A stretch of DNA of 64,000 nt from Oscillospiraceae bacterium (GTDB lineage: Bacteria; Bacillota; Clostridia; Oscillospirales; Oscillospiraceae), in contig JAFUGY010000099.1 of assembly GCA_017469115.1 (NCBI GenBank), positions 12,079 through 76,078 on the forward strand, given 5' to 3'. Positions 9,125 to 17,879 of this stretch are shown in pieces (positions within the stretch are counted from its first letter, which is position 1; each line of letters opens with the position of its first letter). The notes under the pieces were generated by a model. The model was not told the origin of the DNA, searched no databases, and worked only from the letters and a program-made list of their open reading frames with translations. A program made the position numbers and the translations under genes.

Positions 9125-10708
9125 TTATCTTTCGAACATGTTGACGAAGATATACCGCGGGAAGGTGACGTTTACAGTCTCGACGGTGTAGCCGTCCAGA
9201 TTCAACAGTTGCTGAACCTGAGAGGAGTCTTTACAGAATGCATAGTCAATCTGGCCTGCCATGGCATTGGTGATGAGGTTTTCATCGCCTGCGTCGGTGG
9301 AAGGATAGAGATACAGCTTTTCAATATTGCCGCTGCCTTGGATGAAGTAATCCGGGTTACGTGTGAGAATGGTATACTCGCCAAGCTTCACAGTATCTAC
9401 CTTGAACGGGCCTGTACCGATCGGATTCTGCCAGAAGGTGTCCGCAGAGAAATTCTCAGGGGTAACCTTCTCCAGGCAGTGCTTCGGCAGAACAGGCCAC
9501 TGGGAGAAGACCGTCAGAGCGTTCGGCTGCGGATTATTAAACTCAAAGGTTACTTTGTTGCCGTCTACCGTGATGGTTTTGGTGTCAGTTATTACATCGG
9601 TCATAACAGAGTTGGCACCGGGGACCGTCGGATAATACTCAAAGGTCCACTTCACATCATCTGCAGTGAAGGGTTCGCCATCATGCCATTTTACACCGTC
9701 TCTCAAAGTGAAAGTGATTACAGTGCCGTCTTCAGATACCTCAAAGCTTTCTGCCAGCTGACCATCTGTCGGAGCAAGGCTTTGATTGGCATTGAGCAGG
9801 CGGTCAAATACAACTTCCTGATGCCAGAAGAGAGCCGGGTTGGTTGCAGGATGCTCGAGGAAGTTTACAGCGCCGGTGTTGGTGTACATCGTATTGTCCG
9901 GCCTGTCAGTCGTCCAGTCGAGAATGTTTTTCTGATAGGCAAATTGATCATTACCTGCCGGGTTACCTTTCATGTCAAGATGGGAAGAGGTCACGACCCA
10001 GGAAGGAATATAGAACAGAGGAATCACTTCGACATTCTCATTTTCGTAAAGCTGGATAGAGTCATAGGCAACCTTCTGATCTTCCATCGTAACAGCAACC
10101 TTGGCTGTCTCGATCAGAGCATCGAGAGTCGGATCAGGGAGAACAGTGGAGTTGTTGGCTGCAGTGCTGTGATGACGATTATAGAATTCGCCTAGGGTCA
10201 GTGCGTTGGTGCCTGCAAAGCAGATGTCCCAATCGACAGCAGAGTGTACTCCGTCAGGAGAAGGAGTCCACAGCAAAGCGGTGAGGTTGTCAGTCAAAAG
10301 CTGGAACTCCATCTTTACACCGACATCAGCCCAGAATTGCTGGATGACTGTGATGGTGTCGAGCAGGTTGCCAGTGTAGTAAACAGCCTGGATGGTGTAG
10401 CTGCCATCCCAACCGGCTTCAGCGAGGAGCTCTTTTGCCTTTTCCGGATTGTAGGTGTACTCAGTCAAGCCATCAGCCTGCCAGTACCCTTCTGGAACGA
10501 GCGACTTGTGTGCAGCTGTTACGGTGCCGTTCCACAGCGCATCCACAATAGCGTCCATATCAATGGCATACCATAGCGCCTGGCGGACCCGGACATCCTG
10601 CAACGGGTTGGGATAAGCAGTCCCGCCCACGCCGTCAGCAGAAGCGGAGAAAGCACACAGTGCAAACAACATGCACAGTGCAAGAAGCATTGCGAGTAGT
10701 TTTTTCAT
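9125..10708 (-). CDS. ABC transporter substrate-binding protein, family 5 (OppA/DppA-like), exported
   Basis: 527 aa with AAGGAGG SD and the signal peptide 'MKKLLAMLLALCMLFALCAFSASA'. The length and overall composition fit peptide/nickel/opine family SBPs. Confidence 0.85.
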   Translation of the reverse strand: MKKLLAMLLALCMLFALCAFSASADGVGGTAYPNPLQDVRVRQALWYAIDMDAIVDALWNGTVTAAHKSLVPEGYWQADGLTEYTYNPEKAKELLAEAGWDGSYTIQAVYYTGNLLDTITVIQQFWADVGVKMEFQLLTDNLTALLWTPSPDGVHSAVDWDICFAGTNALTLGEFYNRHHSTAANNSTVLPDPTLDALIETAKVAVTMEDQKVAYDSIQLYENENVEVIPLFYIPSWVVTSSHLDMKGNPAGNDQFAYQKNILDWTTDRPDNTMYTNTGAVNFLEHPATNPALFWHQEVVFDRLLNANQSLAPTDGQLAESFEVSEDGTVITFTLRDGVKWHDGEPFTADDVKWTFEYYPTVPGANSVMTDVITDTKTITVDGNKVTFEFNNPQPNALTVFSQWPVLPKHCLEKVTPENFSADTFWQNPIGTGPFKVDTVKLGEYTILTRNPDYFIQGSGNIEKLYLYPSTDAGDENLITNAMAGQIDYAFCKDSSQVQQLLNLDGYTVETVNVTFPRYIFVNMFER

Positions 10709-10859
10709 AGTTTCCTCCTTAAATAATTTCTGTTACACCCAAACAATTTGTCAAATGGATGTCGTATCACTATTTTACCGAAAAATACTCGTTCCGTCAA
10801 CTATATTTTTGTGCAAATCTCCAAAACTTAAAGAATTGTTTTTCTGCTAGCCGTTCTTC

Positions 10860-11462
10860 TTATGCTTCATCCGGCTGCTGGCCGTCGTGGGCTTTCCAGG
10901 CGCATTCGGTGAGGTTCATATCGGTAAATACTGCTTTAAAACTGGAATCTTCCGGGCTGCAGGCATAAACGCCGAAGCGGATTTTATCTCTGCCTTCCCA
11001 CATGTGGCATACACGCATTTGGGTGAAGTTTTCACCGTCCTGAGAACATTCGATGCAGTAATCATCCTCTCTCCGGCTGAATCGGTACCACATGGTTTTC
11101 ACATCAGCCGGGATTGCAGTTGTCGCCCAATCGGAATAGCCGTGGTTGGTGACTACCGACCCGAGGTGCTGGAACTGCTCATTTTCAAATTCCACCGACC
11201 CTTTCAGCCAGTTTTCCGAATCCAGATACATGACGATTCCACACTGATCAAAGCGATGACGGCTTTCCGTGAAATCTGTTTTCACCACAAAAGAGAAAAA
11301 CTTCTCTTCCGTTTCAATCTGTAAAACCGGAGCGTTGTCATTCCGAAAATGATAATAGGTTCTCTGCCAAAGATCTGTGTGGGGCATAGTTGTGATTTCA
11401 ATTCGATCGGAAGAGATGGAATAGTTCTCTGGCTCTCTGATCCATTTCATATTTTCAGTCAT
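10860..11462 (-). CDS. DUF1349-family (concanavalin-like, Ree1-like) protein
   Basis: 200 aa containing 'WIREPENYSISSDRIEITTMPHTDLWQRTYY...RNDNAP', 'DQCGIVMY' and 'RFGVYACSP', all characteristic of DUF1349. Confidence 0.7.
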   Translation of the reverse strand: MTENMKWIREPENYSISSDRIEITTMPHTDLWQRTYYHFRNDNAPVLQIETEEKFFSFVVKTDFTESRHRFDQCGIVMYLDSENWLKGSVEFENEQFQHLGSVVTNHGYSDWATTAIPADVKTMWYRFSRREDDYCIECSQDGENFTQMRVCHMWEGRDKIRFGVYACSPEDSSFKAVFTDMNLTECAWKAHDGQQPDEA

Positions 11463-11696
11463 AATGTTTTTCTCCTTTTTTTAAATTGGCTGTGTTTCTT
11501 GTAAACATTTCCGAAAAGAAATGCCTTCTTACCAGGATAGCATAACAAAAACAGATTGATTTATCAATCTCGATTTGGCGGAATGAAGATATTCGCTGTA
11601 AGCTCTGTTTCTCGCTTTCTTTTTTGCCCTCTACGTGATATACTCAAAAACACCTGAATGGAATCTGCACAGCGGTAAAAGCAGAATAATATTAGC

Positions 11697-11803
11697 ATTG
11701 GCTCAAACATTTTGAAATGAGCCAATGGATGAGAGAGCCCTTCAACAGGGGGCTGTTGCCCATTGGCTCAATGAGCCGATGGGCAGAGAAGATGAGCCAA
11801 TGC
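11697..11803. repeat. array of five copies of a 10-nt motif TGAGCCAATG (both orientations) upstream of ackA
   Basis: Copies at 11697-11706 (inverted), 11719-11729, 11761-11771 (inverted), 11773-11783 (one mismatch) and 11794-11803. Two pairs form palindromes. Confidence 0.8.
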
Positions 11804-11825
11804 ACAAAGAGAATGGAGGTTTTGT

Positions 11826-13010
11826 ATGCTGATTCTTGTTTGTAATGTAGGCAGTACCTCTCTGAAATATAAAATGTTCCGTATGCCGGAAGAAACTGTC
11901 CTCGCGGAAGCGAGGACGGAACGCGTCGGGAGAAAAGATGCAATCTTTTCTTATACCAACGCAAAAACCGGATGGTCAGTAAAGTGTGAAAACCAGGATA
12001 TTCCGGATTACGCATCCGGAATTCGTCTGTTTCTTGATGTTCTTCTCAACAGCGAGGGCAAAGTGCTGGATGATCTTGCGCAGCTGGATGCGGTCGGGTT
12101 CAAAACGGTGCTTGCAAAGGGATATTACGGCGTTCATGACCTTACCGACGAGGTTATGGACGCTATGAAGGAATACGTGAATGTTGCCCCGGCACATAAT
12201 CCGCCGTATCTGCAGGCAATCGGGGTGTTTCGCAATCTTCTGCCGGGAAAGCGGATGGTAGGATGCTTTGAAACAGCCTTTCATCAAACGATTCCTCTTT
12301 CCCGCAAGCTGTATGCGCTTCCTTATGAGTGGTATGAAAAATACGGAATTCAGCGCTTCGGCTACCATGGAGCAAGCCACAGTTATATTGCCGATCAAAT
12401 TTCGCAGGAAGCCGGCAGCACGTATAAGCTGATTTCCTGCCATTTGGGAGGCAGTGGCTCGATTTGCGCCATTGAGAATGGCTGCTCGGTAGACACTTCT
12501 TTCGGGTTTTCCCTTCAGACCGGTATCCCTCATGCCAATCGCAGTGGGGATATGGATGCCTATATCATCCCGTATCTGCTCCAGCAGGGAATGCCGATGG
12601 AAGAAATCCTGTTCGGAATGGATAAAAAGGGCGGATTGCTCGGGATATCAGGCGTCAGCAATGATCTGCGTGAGATTCAGCAGGCAGCAGACGAAGGCAA
12701 TCAACGCGCTCTTCTGGCAGTGGATGCCTACTGCAATGCTATCCTGAAGTATATCGGCGCTTTTTATGCGGAATTAGGCGGGCTTGACTATCTGGTTTTC
12801 ACCGGCGGGATCGGGGAAAACTCGTCTGTAGTCCGTGCGAATATCTGCTCCGCTCTTGCGCACCTCGGAATTGCCTTTGATGCTGAGAAAAACAAACAGG
12901 GGAAGGGAAGATTTTCCATTTCAAAGGAAGATTCCAGGGTGAAAGTATATGTAATTCCTGCAAATGAAGAGCTTGGCATTGCACGGTCTGTTTTTCGCAA
13001 AATGCAGTAG
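11826..13010 (+). CDS. ackA: acetate (propionate) kinase
   Basis: 394 aa with 'ILVCNVGSTSLKYKMF', 'GYHGASH', 'CHLGGSGSICAI', 'FTGGIGENS' and 'IPANEELGIA'. Confidence 0.92.
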   Translation: MLILVCNVGSTSLKYKMFRMPEETVLAEARTERVGRKDAIFSYTNAKTGWSVKCENQDIPDYASGIRLFLDVLLNSEGKVLDDLAQLDAVGFKTVLAKGYYGVHDLTDEVMDAMKEYVNVAPAHNPPYLQAIGVFRNLLPGKRMVGCFETAFHQTIPLSRKLYALPYEWYEKYGIQRFGYHGASHSYIADQISQEAGSTYKLISCHLGGSGSICAIENGCSVDTSFGFSLQTGIPHANRSGDMDAYIIPYLLQQGMPMEEILFGMDKKGGLLGISGVSNDLREIQQAADEGNQRALLAVDAYCNAILKYIGAFYAELGGLDYLVFTGGIGENSSVVRANICSALAHLGIAFDAEKNKQGKGRFSISKEDSRVKVYVIPANEELGIARSVFRKMQ

Positions 13011-13046
13011 GAATTATCAATTCCTGTCATGGGAATAAAGAATCTA

Positions 13047-13091
13047 AAGCGATAGCTGCCCTGATCGGTTTATCATGGGCAGCTATCGCTT
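13047..13091. terminator. bidirectional intrinsic terminator between ackA and leuB
   Basis: 15-bp perfect stem aagcgatagctgccc / gggcagctatcgctt with a 15-nt loop, between convergent genes. Confidence 0.7.
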
Positions 13092-13123
13092 TCATTATGA
13101 TGAAATTAGAGCAGGGTTGCTCT

Positions 13124-14197
13124 TTATAATCTCTGCAGAATTGCCTCCGTCATTTCATCACAGGAGAGAATTGTATTGTCATCATCTGCAATATCTCTCG
13201 TCCGGCAGCCGTCACGCAGAGCCTGATCGACGGCAGCTTCGATCCGGTCTGCAGCTTCAGCCTGATTCAGAGAGTATCGCAGCATCATGGCACCCGAGAG
13301 GATCGTGGCAATCGGATTGCAGCGCCCTGTTCCGGCATATTTTGGTGCAGAACCGTGAATCGGTTCATAAAGGCCTCTTGTTCCGTCTCCGAGAGAGGCA
13401 GAGGGCAGCATACCGATTGATCCGGTGAGCTGGCTCATCTCATCAGAGAGAATATCTCCAAACATATTGGAAGTGACGATCACATCAAATTGAGAAGGAT
13501 TTCGGATGAGCTGCTGTGCCGTGTTGTCTACAAGCATGTCTTCCACGGTTATGCCTTCATATTCTTCCGCAATCCGATGTACCGTTTCTCTCCAAAGTCG
13601 GGAAGATTCCAGTACATTAGCCTTGTCCACGCTTGTTACTTTGCCGCGTCGTTTCTGTGCTGTCGAGCACGCGACGCGGGCAATTCGTTCGATCTCCATA
13701 ACGGAGTAGCATTCCGTGTCATATGCTTCCGGACCGTATGGTCCTGTTCTGCGGCCGCGCTCTCCGAAATAAATGCCTCCCGTCAATTCGCGGACGATCA
13801 CAAGATCAAAACCGTCGGCAACAAGATCTGCACGCAGCATGCATTTTTCAGCCAATGCAGGATACAGCCTGGCAGGGCGGAGATTTGTATAAAGGCCAAG
13901 AGTGCTGCGAATCTGCAAAAGACCTTTTTCCGGGCGTATTGCTGCGGGAAGGTTGTCCCATTTCGGCCCGCCGACGGCACCCAGCAACACCGAGTCAGAG
14001 GCAAGGCAACCGTCAATGGTTTCCTGCGGAAGAGGCACTCCTGTCTCATCAATGGCGATTCCACCGATCAGATAGTCATGAAAGTTCAAAGAAAAGCCGG
14101 AAAGTTCTCCGGTTTTTTTCAAGACAGCTGTTGCACTCTCAACGATTTCCGGGCCGATGCCGTCCCCTTTCAGTAAAGCAATTTGATATTCTGTCAT
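13124..14197 (-). CDS. leuB: 3-isopropylmalate dehydrogenase
   Basis: 357 aa with 'LLKGDGIGPEI', 'NLRPARLY', 'VDKANVL' and 'NMFGDILSDE'. Confidence 0.95.
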   Translation of the reverse strand: MTEYQIALLKGDGIGPEIVESATAVLKKTGELSGFSLNFHDYLIGGIAIDETGVPLPQETIDGCLASDSVLLGAVGGPKWDNLPAAIRPEKGLLQIRSTLGLYTNLRPARLYPALAEKCMLRADLVADGFDLVIVRELTGGIYFGERGRRTGPYGPEAYDTECYSVMEIERIARVACSTAQKRRGKVTSVDKANVLESSRLWRETVHRIAEEYEGITVEDMLVDNTAQQLIRNPSQFDVIVTSNMFGDILSDEMSQLTGSIGMLPSASLGDGTRGLYEPIHGSAPKYAGTGRCNPIATILSGAMMLRYSLNQAEAADRIEAAVDQALRDGCRTRDIADDDNTILSCDEMTEAILQRL

Positions 14198-14200
14198 TTC

Positions 14201-14692
14201 TTATCCTTCCTGGCGAGCCTTCAGATAGGGGAGAAGACCGCCGTATGCAATAATGTTTTCGATAAAGGGAGGGAATGCTGCTGCCTGAAAAACCTTCCCT
14301 GTTGTCTCATCTCGAATCATCCCGGTTTTATAATCGACGGATACGGTATCTCCGCTCTCAATTGCCTCGGCGGCTTCCGGGCACTCGAGGATGGGAAATC
14401 CGATATTGATGGCATTCCGGTAGAAGATGCGGGCGAAGCTTGCAGCTATCACGCAGGCAATGCCGCTTGCCTGAATGGCAATGGGCGCGTGTTCACGGGA
14501 AGAGCCGCAGCCGAAATTCCATCCTCCCACCATGATATCTCCGTGATGAGGGACGGTTGCAAAAGAAGTGTCGATATCTTCCATGCAGTGTTTCGCCAGC
14601 TCATCCGGAGAAGGTGCATTTAAGTAACGTGCCGGGATGATGACATCTGTGTCGATATTATTGCCGTATTTATATACTTTTCCGGTAACCAT
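14201..14692 (-). CDS. leuD: 3-isopropylmalate dehydratase small subunit
   Basis: 163 aa with 'DNIDTDVIIPARYL' and 'GWNFGCGSSREHAPIA'. Confidence 0.93.
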   Translation of the reverse strand: MVTGKVYKYGNNIDTDVIIPARYLNAPSPDELAKHCMEDIDTSFATVPHHGDIMVGGWNFGCGSSREHAPIAIQASGIACVIAASFARIFYRNAINIGFPILECPEAAEAIESGDTVSVDYKTGMIRDETTGKVFQAAAFPPFIENIIAYGGLLPYLKARQEG

Positions 14693-14710
14693 TGAAAATC
14701 CTCCTTCTTC

Positions 14711-15970
14711 TTAAAGATCTGCCGGGGACGCGAGGCAGCCTTTTATGGCGCTTGCTGCAGCAACTGCGGGGGAAGCGAGAATTACCTCACTCTTCGTGTG
14801 CCCCATTCGCCCGACAAAGTTCCTGTTTGTGGTGGAAACGGCGCGTTCTCCTTCTGCCAGGCATCCCATGTGCCCACCCAGGCAGGGGCCGCAGGTCGGC
14901 ACAGAGAACACACAGCCTGCTTTCAGAAAGATTTCGGTCAGCCCCTCCTGCAGGCACTGCAGGCTGATCTCCTGCGTAGCGGGGATTACAATGCATCGAA
15001 TTCCGTCAGCGACTGTTCTGCCTTTCAGCAGGCTCGCAGCTGCTCGCATGTCGGAAATCCTCCCGTTTGTGCAGGAACCGATAACCACCTGATCAATTTT
15101 CATCCCTTTTACTTCATCAATTGTGCGGGTGTTGGAAGGGAGATGCGGCAATGCAACGGTTGGCTGAAGTGCTTCGAGGTTGATGGTTACGGTCGATTCA
15201 TATTCTGCGTCCGGATCAGGGGCGAAGGAAGTCCACGGCCGATTCACCCTTGTTTTTACATATTCTTTTGTATGCTCATCCACCGGGAAGATCCCGTTCT
15301 TTGCCCCGGCTTCAATTGCCATATTGGCAATCGTAAAGCGGTCGTCCATGGAAAGCTCGGCAACGCCGTCTCCTGTGAATTCCAGCGAGCGATACAGCGC
15401 ACCGTCAACTCCGATTTCCCCGATCAAATGAAGAATCACATCTTTACCGCTGACCCACCTGGCCGGTTTCCCTGTCAGCATAACCTGAATGGCGGAGGGA
15501 ACTTTGAACCAGTTTTCCCCGGATGCCATTCCGGCGGCCATATCGGTCGAGCCGACTCCTGTGGAAAAAGCGCCCAATGCGCCATAGGTGCAGGTATGGC
15601 TGTCAGCTCCGATTACCACTTCTGCCGGAGCAACCAATCCTTTCTCCGGCAGCAGCGCATGCTCAATACCGACCTGACCGACATCATAAAAGTGCTTGAT
15701 GGAAAACCGTTTCGCAAATTCCCGTGCTGTTTTGCATAGCTGGGCAGATTTGATATCTTTGCAGGGCGTATAATGGTCTAACAGAATGGCTATTTTGTTT
15801 GGGTCAAATACCTTTGTGAAGCCTGTTTCATCGAAAACTTTCACGGCAACAGGGGTTGTCACATCATTTCCCATCACCAGATCCAGTTTCGCCTCAATCA
15901 GATCTCCTGCCTTCACGGAAGGGAGACCTGCATGTGCGGCAAGGATCTTTTGTGTCATTGTCATTCCCAT
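14711..15970 (-). CDS. leuC: 3-isopropylmalate dehydratase large subunit
   Basis: 419 aa, aconitase family, with '[11 protein letters not shown]', '[15 protein letters not shown]', 'IGSCTNGR' and '[12 protein letters not shown]'. Confidence 0.95.
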   Translation of the reverse strand: MGMTMTQKILAAHAGLPSVKAGDLIEAKLDLVMGNDVTTPVAVKVFDETGFTKVFDPNKIAILLDHYTPCKDIKSAQLCKTAREFAKRFSIKHFYDVGQVGIEHALLPEKGLVAPAEVVIGADSHTCTYGALGAFSTGVGSTDMAAGMASGENWFKVPSAIQVMLTGKPARWVSGKDVILHLIGEIGVDGALYRSLEFTGDGVAELSMDDRFTIANMAIEAGAKNGIFPVDEHTKEYVKTRVNRPWTSFAPDPDAEYESTVTINLEALQPTVALPHLPSNTRTIDEVKGMKIDQVVIGSCTNGRISDMRAAASLLKGRTVADGIRCIVIPATQEISLQCLQEGLTEIFLKAGCVFSVPTCGPCLGGHMGCLAEGERAVSTTNRNFVGRMGHTKSEVILASPAVAAASAIKGCLASPADL

Positions 15971-15973
15971 TGT

Positions 15974-17509
15974 TCAGCTCTCCTTTTTTTCTGTGGCGGC
16001 ACACAGCTTGTTAACCGCCGTAATATAGGCAATAATGCTCGCTTCCATTACGTCCGTGGAAAGTCCTTTCCCGGTGTAGGTCCGTCCCCCTGACACCAGC
16101 TTCACGGTGACGTCTCCCAAGGTGTCTTTCCCCTGTGAAACGGAGTGAATATTATAGATGTCGAAGGTGTGTTCTGCCGGCTGTACAATTCTGTCAATTG
16201 CATTGAACGCAGCGTCAATCGGCCCGTCACCGAGGCAAACATCTTCAAACTTTTCTCCGTCTTTCTCCAGGCTGATGGTGCAGGTTGCTGTTGTAAAGTT
16301 AGAGGTGTGCATGGAGAACCAGTTCAGCTTATAGCCCTTCAACTCCACGTCTTCTTCGGAACGAATGCAGTGTTCGGCAATCGCTCCGAGGTCATCGTCT
16401 GTGATTTCCTTTTTCTTGTCACAGAGATCCTTGAATTCAGCAAAGCAGGCCAGGAGCTCTTCTTTCGTGAGGCTGTACCCGAGCTCGTGAAGCCGTTCTT
16501 CCACGGCATGCTTTCCGGAATGCTTCCCCAGAACGATATTGTTGGTCTGTATGCCGAGAGCTTCAGGAGTCATGATTTCGTAGGTCTGCTTATTTGCCAG
16601 AACTCCATGCTGATGAATGCCTGATTCATGGGCGAATGCATTTCGCCCTACAATGGGTTTGTTGAGCGGGGCGGTTTGCCCGATGATGTTATACACCGTT
16701 TTGCTTGCCCGGGAGATCTGTGTTGTGTCGATACGGGTGAAATAGGGATAGAGGCCGGGCCGTGTATGCATGGCCATGATTACTTCTTCCAAAGCGGTGT
16801 TTCCTGCGCGTTCTCCGAGGCCGTTGATGGTGCACTCGATCTGTCGCGCCCCGCCGAGAACGCCTGCAAGGGAGTTGGCAGTGGCAAGGCCCAGGTCATC
16901 ATGGCAGTGAACGGAAAAAACCGCTTTGTCACTGTCCGGAACGTTTTCCCGCAGATAGACAATCAGATCCCGCATTTCACTTGGCGTTGTATAGCCGACG
17001 GTATCCGGAATATTCACGGTAGTGGCTCCGGCACGGATGGCGGTATCGACTACTTTTACGAGGAAATCCCAGTCAGATCTGGTTGCATCTTCAGCCGAAA
17101 ATTCAACATCACTGCAATATTTTTTTGCATGTCTGGTCATGGCAGCCGTTGCTTCCAGAACCTGCTCCGGCGTCATTTTAAGCTTATATTCCATGTGGAG
17201 CGGGCTTGTTGCGAGAAACAGATGAATTCTGGGAGAAACAGCTTCCCTGACGGCTTCCCAGGCGGTGTCGATGTCCTTTGCGTTGGCACGGGCAAGGGAA
17301 GCAACAGCGCAGTCTTTTACGGTGCCTGCGATCGTTTTGACAGATTCGAAATCACCGGGGGAGGAAATGGCAAATCCCGCCTCGATAATATCCACTTTCA
17401 ATCGCTCCAGACGATGGGCAACTTCTATTTTTTCTTTGAGATTCATGGAACAGCCGGGGGATTGTTCGCCGTCGCGCAGGGTTGTGTCAAAAATGACGAT
17501 CTGGTCCAT
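15974..17509 (-). CDS. leuA: 2-isopropylmalate synthase
   Basis: 511 aa with 'IFDTTLRDGEQSPG', 'HCHDDLGLATANSLAG' and 'HESGIHQHG', plus the C-terminal LeuA dimerisation/regulatory domain. Confidence 0.95.
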   Translation of the reverse strand: MDQIVIFDTTLRDGEQSPGCSMNLKEKIEVAHRLERLKVDIIEAGFAISSPGDFESVKTIAGTVKDCAVASLARANAKDIDTAWEAVREAVSPRIHLFLATSPLHMEYKLKMTPEQVLEATAAMTRHAKKYCSDVEFSAEDATRSDWDFLVKVVDTAIRAGATTVNIPDTVGYTTPSEMRDLIVYLRENVPDSDKAVFSVHCHDDLGLATANSLAGVLGGARQIECTINGLGERAGNTALEEVIMAMHTRPGLYPYFTRIDTTQISRASKTVYNIIGQTAPLNKPIVGRNAFAHESGIHQHGVLANKQTYEIMTPEALGIQTNNIVLGKHSGKHAVEERLHELGYSLTKEELLACFAEFKDLCDKKKEITDDDLGAIAEHCIRSEEDVELKGYKLNWFSMHTSNFTTATCTISLEKDGEKFEDVCLGDGPIDAAFNAIDRIVQPAEHTFDIYNIHSVSQGKDTLGDVTVKLVSGGRTYTGKGLSTDVMEASIIAYITAVNKLCAATEKKES

Positions 17510-17560
17510 TGCAATAAATCCTTTCTTTCATGTGGGAGTTGCTTTTTTCTGCCGGAAAAG

Positions 17561-17599
17561 AATAAAAAACCGCGCGATCCGAAAAGTCAGATCACACGG
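17561..17599 (-). terminator. leader (attenuator) terminator upstream of leuA
   Basis: Minus strand reads CCGTGTGATC-tgacttttcg-GATCGCGCGG (10-bp stem including two G-U pairs) followed by TTTTTTATT. It lies 51 nt upstream of the leuA ATG and downstream of the promoter at 17807-17835. Confidence 0.7.
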
Positions 17600-17663
17600 T
17601 GACAGAAACACGATAGGAAGAGAAAACCTAAATCCGTATATTCTTCGGCCGGAATCTTTCCGG

Positions 17664-17777
17664 TCACGATGTTTCAACCGTATTCAGAGCATGACTTTTC
17701 GCGCCGTTTCTGCGATTGGTAAGTCGCAAAGAAGCAGCGCTGGTAAGCAGCAGATTGCCCTGAACGGAAGATTTCAT
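17664..17777 (-). CDS. candidate 37-codon leucine-rich leader peptide of the leu operon
   Basis: Translates to MKSSVQGNLLLTSAASLRLTNRRNGAKSHALNTVETS. AAAGGAG lies 9 nt upstream of the ATG. There are three consecutive Leu codons (CTG CTG CTT) plus Leu17, Leu19 and Leu31. The ORF sits between the promoter and the leader terminator. Confidence 0.35.
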   Translation of the reverse strand: MKSSVQGNLLLTSAASLRLTNRRNGAKSHALNTVETS

Positions 17778-17806
17778 AAAAGGCTTCTCCTTTAAAAGTT
17801 GTTGCG

Positions 17807-17835
17807 ATAGTAACACAGGTTCGTTTTAAAGTCAA
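17807..17835 (-). promoter_or_regulatory. sigma-A-type promoter of the leu operon
   Basis: Minus strand reads TTGACT - 17 nt - TACTAT. Confidence 0.6.
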
Positions 17836-17879
17836 GAATGAAAATGGATTTTTATGAAGTTTTTTGGATTGACGGATTT

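Noticed and set aside
17510-17840. Canonical Leu T-box riboswitch in the leuA leader.
   Set aside because: This is expected from the taxonomy, but I could not find the conserved T-box sequence (the best match, TGTCACCGTG, has only a weak resemblance), an AGAGA/GNUGNNA stem-I pattern, or a clear specifier loop. It is kept only as the alternative hypothesis. A covariance-model scan is needed.
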